Below are positions 59,467 to 64,000 of a stretch of 64,000 nt of DNA, piece by piece; the first letter of the stretch is position 1, and each line of letters begins with the position of its first letter. A program made the translations under genes and the position numbers. The notes under the pieces were generated by a model that saw only the letters and a program-made list of their open reading frames with translations, made no database searches and was not told where the DNA came from. The stretch is from the human T2T-CHM13v2.0 reference genome, Homo sapiens. The DNA is taken from NCBI RefSeq assembly GCF_009914755.1, contig NC_060930.1; one strand, written 5' to 3'.

Positions 59467-59915
59467 TTTCATGCACGTCTGTGTGAAGAGACCACCAAAC
59501 AGGCTTTGTGTGAGCAATAAAGCTGTTTATTCTGGGTGCAGGCGGGCTGAGTCCGAAAAGAGAGTCAGCGAAGGGAGATAAGGGTGGGGCCGTTTTATAG
59601 GATTTGGGTAGGTAAAGGAAAATTACAGTCAAAGGGGGTTTGTTCTCTGGCGGGCAGGAGTAGGGGTCGCAAGGTGCTCAGTGGGGGTGCTTTCTGAGCC
59701 AGGATGAGCCAGGAAAAGGACTTTCACAAGGTAATGTCATCAGTTAAGGCAAGGACCGGCCATTTACACTTCTTTTGTGGTAGAATGTCATCAGTTAAGG
59801 TGGGGCAGGGCATATTCACTTCTTTTGTGATTCTTCAGTTACTTCAGGCCATCTGGGCGTATACGTGCAAGTCACAGGGGATGCAATGGCTTGGCTTGGG
59901 CTCAGAGGCCTGACA
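59467..59915 (-). mobile_element. HERV-H 3' LTR (LTR7, 449 bp)
   Basis: The minus strand reads TGTCAGGCCTCTGAGCCCAAGC...CTATAAAA...AATAAA...GGTCTCTTCACACAGACGTGCATGAAA. It is preceded on the minus strand by a polypurine tract (aagaaggcaggaa), which identifies it as the 3' LTR. Confidence 0.96.
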
Positions 59916-61769
59916 TTCCTGCCTTCTTATATTAATAAGAAAAATAAAATAGTGTTGAAGTGTTGGGGCGGCGAAAATTTTTGGGGGGTGGTATGGAGAG
60001 AGAATGGGCGATGTTTCTCAGGGCTGCTTCAAGCGGGATTAGGGGCGGCGTGGGAACCTAGAGTGGGAGAGATTAAGCTGAAGGGAGGTCTTGTGGTAAG
60101 GGGTGATATTGTGGGGATGTTAGAAGAAACATTTGTCGTATAGAATGATTGGTGATGGCCTGGATACGGTTTTGTATGAATTGAAAAACTAAATGGAATA
60201 ACAGAAGGAGAAAAACAGGTATAAAAGGTCTAAGAATTGGGAGGACCTAGGACATCTGATTAGAGAGTGCCTAAGGAGATTCAGCATAGTCCTGCCAGCA
60301 AAGATTATTTATTTACTTCAAGAGTTAAGAGTGGCGGTTTGGGGATAGCACCAGGAGATATCAGCTGTGATGGCTTGGAGAAACAGTGTAAACCGGCACT
60401 GTAAGTAAGAGCAGGGCACGTATGAGTAGTTGAGAACGGTGAATAGGAGTATGACTAGACAAAAGATAGTAGGGATGACAAGTTTTTTTGGGGCACAGTC
60501 TAAGTTGGTCTGGTGTCGAATGAGACTGGGGCCCAATAAAAAGGAGCGTCTATACAGGAGCTTAAATGGGCTGTACCTTGTAACATTCTGAGGACAGGCC
60601 TGAATTCTGAGAAGCGAAAGTGGTAAAAGTATTTATTGTCCAGTCCTTTTTAAGTTGGTGGCTGAGCTTGGTGAGGTGTGTTTTTAAAAGACCTGTAGTC
60701 CGTTCTACTTTTCTTGAAGACGGAGGACCGTAAGGGATATAAAGGTTTCACTGAATACTAAGAGCCTGAAAAACTGCTTGGCTGATTTGACTAATAAAGG
60801 CTGGTCTGTTACCAGACTGTATAGAGGTGGGAAGGCTAAACTGAGGAATTATGTCTGACAGAAGGGAAGAAATGACTGCGGTGGCCTTCTCAGACCCTGT
60901 AGGAAAGGCCTTTACTTATTCAGTGAAAGTGTCTATTTAGACTAAGAGGTATTTTAGTTTCCTGACTTGGGCATGTTGAGTAAAGCTAATTTGCCAGTCC
61001 TGGGTGGGGGCAAATCCTTGAGCTTGATGTGTAGGGAAGGGAGGGGGGCCTGAATAATCCCTGAGGAGTAGTAGAATAGCAGATGGAACACTGAGAAGTT
61101 ATTTCCTTGAGGATAGATTTCCAGGATGGAAAGGAAATGAGAGGTTCTGAGAGGTGGGTTAGCGGCTTATACTATAGCATAGCCTGCCTTTGCTGGTGTG
61201 TGGCGATTAGGCCTGGTGGAACTACCATCAATAAATCAAGCGTGATCAGGGTGAGAAACAGGAAAGAAGGAAATATGGGGAAATGGGGTGAATATTAGCT
61301 GGATCAGAGAGATACAGTCATGGGGGTCAGGTGTGGTATCAGGAATAATGTGAGAGGCCAGATTGAAGTCCGGGCCAGGAACAATGGTAATTGTGGGACT
61401 TAAAGAGTGACTACAGCTGAAGGAGCCGGGGAGCAGAAAGTATATGCGTCAGGTATGAGGAAGAAAATAGATTTTGGAAGTTATGAGAAATGTAGAGAGT
61501 GAATTGAGCATAGTTTGTGATTTTTAGGGCCTCTAACAGTATTAAAGCAGCGGCAGCCGCTGCACGCAGACATGAGGGCTAGGCTAAAACAGTAAGGTCA
61601 AGTTGTTTGGACGGAAAGGCTACAGGGTGCGATCCTGGCTCTTGTGTAAGAATTCTGACCGCACTAACCATGCCTAGGAAGGAAAGGAGTTGTTGTTTTG
61701 TAGAAGGTGCTGGGGTTTGAGAGATCAGTCGGACACGATTGGCAGGGAGTGCACGTGTGTTTTTATGAG

Positions 61770-62288
61770 AATTATGCCGAGATAGGTAACAGATGAGGAA
61801 GAAATTTGGGCTTGATTGAAGTAATGGGGGCTGTCTGTGAAGCTTTGCGGCAGTACAGCCTAGGTAATTTGCTGAGCTTGATGGGTGTCAGGGTCAGTCC
61901 AAGTGACAGCGAAGAGAGGCTGGGATTAAGGGTGCAAAGAAATAGTAAAGAAAGCATGTTTGAGATCTAGAACAGAATAATGAGTTATAGAGGCAGGTAT
62001 TGATAGGAGAGTATATGTGTTTGGCACCACGGGGTGGATAGGCAAAACAATTTGGTTGATAAGGCGCAGATCCTGAACTAACTTGTAAGGCTTGTCTGGT
62101 TTTAGGACAGGTAAAATGGGGGAATTGTAAGGAGAGTTTATAGGCTTTAAAAGGCCATGCTGTAGCAGGCGAGTGATAACAGGCTTTAATCTTTTTAAAG
62201 CATGCTGCGGGATGGGATATTGGCGTTGAGTGGGGTAAGGGTGATTAGGTTTTAATGAGATGATAAGGGGTGCATGATCAGTCGCCAA
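61770..62288 (-). pseudogene. HERV-H pol (RT) remnant
   Basis: RQYPIP..NSPYNSPILPVLKP..LVQDLRLIN..YSVLDLKHAFF, then HP*SQPLFA.TW..LPQSFTDSPHYF with in-frame stops. Confidence 0.9.
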
Positions 62289-62441
62289 GGAGGGAGCAGA
62301 GGTATCTTATACTTGTGGGTTAAGGTGGGGGGATACAAGAGGAGGACGCAAAGGAGGCTTTGGATTGGGAAGAAGGGCGGCAACGAGATATAGTTGTAGT
62401 CCAGGAATAGTCAGGGAAGCAGATAATTTAGTTAAAGTGTC

Positions 62442-62666
62442 TCAGCCTAATAAGGGAACTGGGCAGGTGGGGATAACTAAAAAGGAGTGCTTAAAAGAGT
62501 ATTGTCTAAGTTGGCACCAGAGTTGGGGAGTTTTAAGAGGTTTAGAAGCCTGGCCGTCAATACCCACAACAGTTATGGAGGCAAGGGAAACAGGCCCTTG
62601 ACAAGAAGGTAATGTGGAGTGGGTAGCCTCCGTATCGATTAAGAAGGGGACGGGCTTACATTCCAC
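62442..62666 (-). pseudogene. HERV-H protease remnant
   Basis: FLIDTEATHS (DTG replaced by DTE) and CPVPLLG. Confidence 0.85.
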
Positions 62667-62846
62667 TGTGAGAGTTACCCAAAGCTCGGCGTCCGTGATG
62701 GTCTAGGGGGCTTCCGAGGCGATCGGGCAGTGTCAGTCTTCAGCCGCTAAGCCGAGAAGATCTGGGAAGGAGTCAGTCAGAGAGCCTTGGGCCAGAGTTC
62801 CAGGGGCTCTGGGATTGGCTGCCAGGTGAGTTGAACAGTCCGATTT

Positions 62847-63340
62847 TCAGTGGGGTCCCACACAGATGGGACGTGGCTTAGGAGGAATCCCGGGCTGCGG
62901 GCATTCCTTGGCCCAGTGGCCAGATTTCCGGCAAGTGTAGCAAGCTCCTGGGGGAGGAGGTTCTGGAGGAAGGCCTGGCCGCTGCAGTTCAGGCATTTGG
63001 AAGTTCTTGTGTGCTGCAGATGCGGCTGGGGTTTGTCTCACAGTGGAGGCAAGGAATTGCAACTTTTTTCTGTTATTGTACACCTTGAAGGTGAGGTTAA
63101 TTAAGTCCTGTTGTGGGGTTTGAGGGCCAGATTCTAATTTTTGGAGTTTTATTTAATGTTGGGAGCAGATTGGGTAATAAAATGTATATTGAGAATAAGA
63201 CGGCCTTTAGACCTTTTAGGGTCTAGGGCTGTAAAGCGTCTCAGGGTTGCTGCCAAACGAGCCATGAACTGGGCTGCATTTTTATATTTGATGAAAAAGA
63301 GCCTAAACGCTTCTGATTTGGGATAAAGAAAAAGGAGCAT
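62847..63340 (-). pseudogene. HERV-H gag remnant (CA C-terminus, NC zinc knuckle)
   Basis: CYTCRKSGHWAKEC CCHC knuckle; HFITQSAP motif. Confidence 0.85.
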
Positions 63341-64000
63341 TAACCTTGACTATGCCTTTGGCTCCAGCCACCTTTTTAAGAGTAAATTGCTGGGCAGGTG
63401 GGGGAGGGCTAGTCACGGAACGAAACTGTAAGCCGGACCAGGTGTGAGGAGGAGAGGTGATAAAAGGATTATAGGGTGGAGGAGCAGAGGCTGAGGAAGA
63501 ATTGGGACCTAGATCGGCCTGGAGAGGAGCAGCCTGGGGAGGAAGGGAGAGGTCAGATGGGTCTGTAGAAAACGAAGATTAGAAAGACTCAGCGACGCTT
63601 GGGGTTGGTACTGAGGGGACAGGCAGGAGGGAAAGAAGCAAGATTTGGGACGAGTTGCACTGGGCACAGAGACTAGGAAGGGACTGATGTGTAAAAGAAT
63701 GCCTGGACGTCAGGCACCTCAGACCATTTGCCTATTTTACAAGAATTATTTAGATCTTGCAGGATGGAAAAATTCAAAGTGCCATTTTCTGGCTATTTGG
63801 AATTACTGTTGAGTTTGTATTGGGGTCAAGCGGCATTGCAGAAGAAAATAAGGCATTTAGGTTTTAGGTTAGGTGTAAGTTGAAGAGGTTTTAAGTTTTT
63901 GAGAACACAGGCTAAGGGAGAAGGAGGAGGAGTGGAGGGTGGAAGGTTGCCCATAGTGAAGGAGGCAAACCCAGAGAAAAGAGAGCATAGAGACACGGAG

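Larger units (their letters stand above)
59916..64000 (-). mobile_element. HERV-H internal region (deleted RTVL-H type), continues past the window end
   Basis: Gag, pro and RT remnants in retroviral order on the minus strand, with HERV-H-like composition. Confidence 0.95.

Overview
Primate (human-like) non-coding genomic DNA with no supportable intact protein-coding gene. It starts with a CpG-island promoter-like region (~90-850). The rest is AT-rich DNA dense in transposable elements: a full-length decayed L1PA7-like LINE-1 (~12053-18945), about ten Alus, MaLR/ERV LTRs, MIR/L2, DNA-transposon fossils, a 5S rRNA fragment and microsatellites. An HERV-H provirus on the minus strand (3' LTR 59467-59915) runs off the window end. 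The most notable observations: (1) a younger L1PA2/3-like 3' fragment nested in the old L1's ORF2, carrying a ~75 bp apparent 3' transduction between two A-rich tails inside a 16-bp TSD; (2) a perfect 32-bp-arm inverted repeat in apparently unique DNA at 23302-23376; (3) an LTR7 with the LTR7up-type duplicated ACAAAAGA motif, plus candidate downstream minus-strand exons; (4) a 5'-inverted truncated Alu; (5) a palindromic double AP-1 site next to a TATA box. I found no evidence of a wholly new biological system. Repeat subfamily names are from recalled consensus sequences and need RepeatMasker confirmation.
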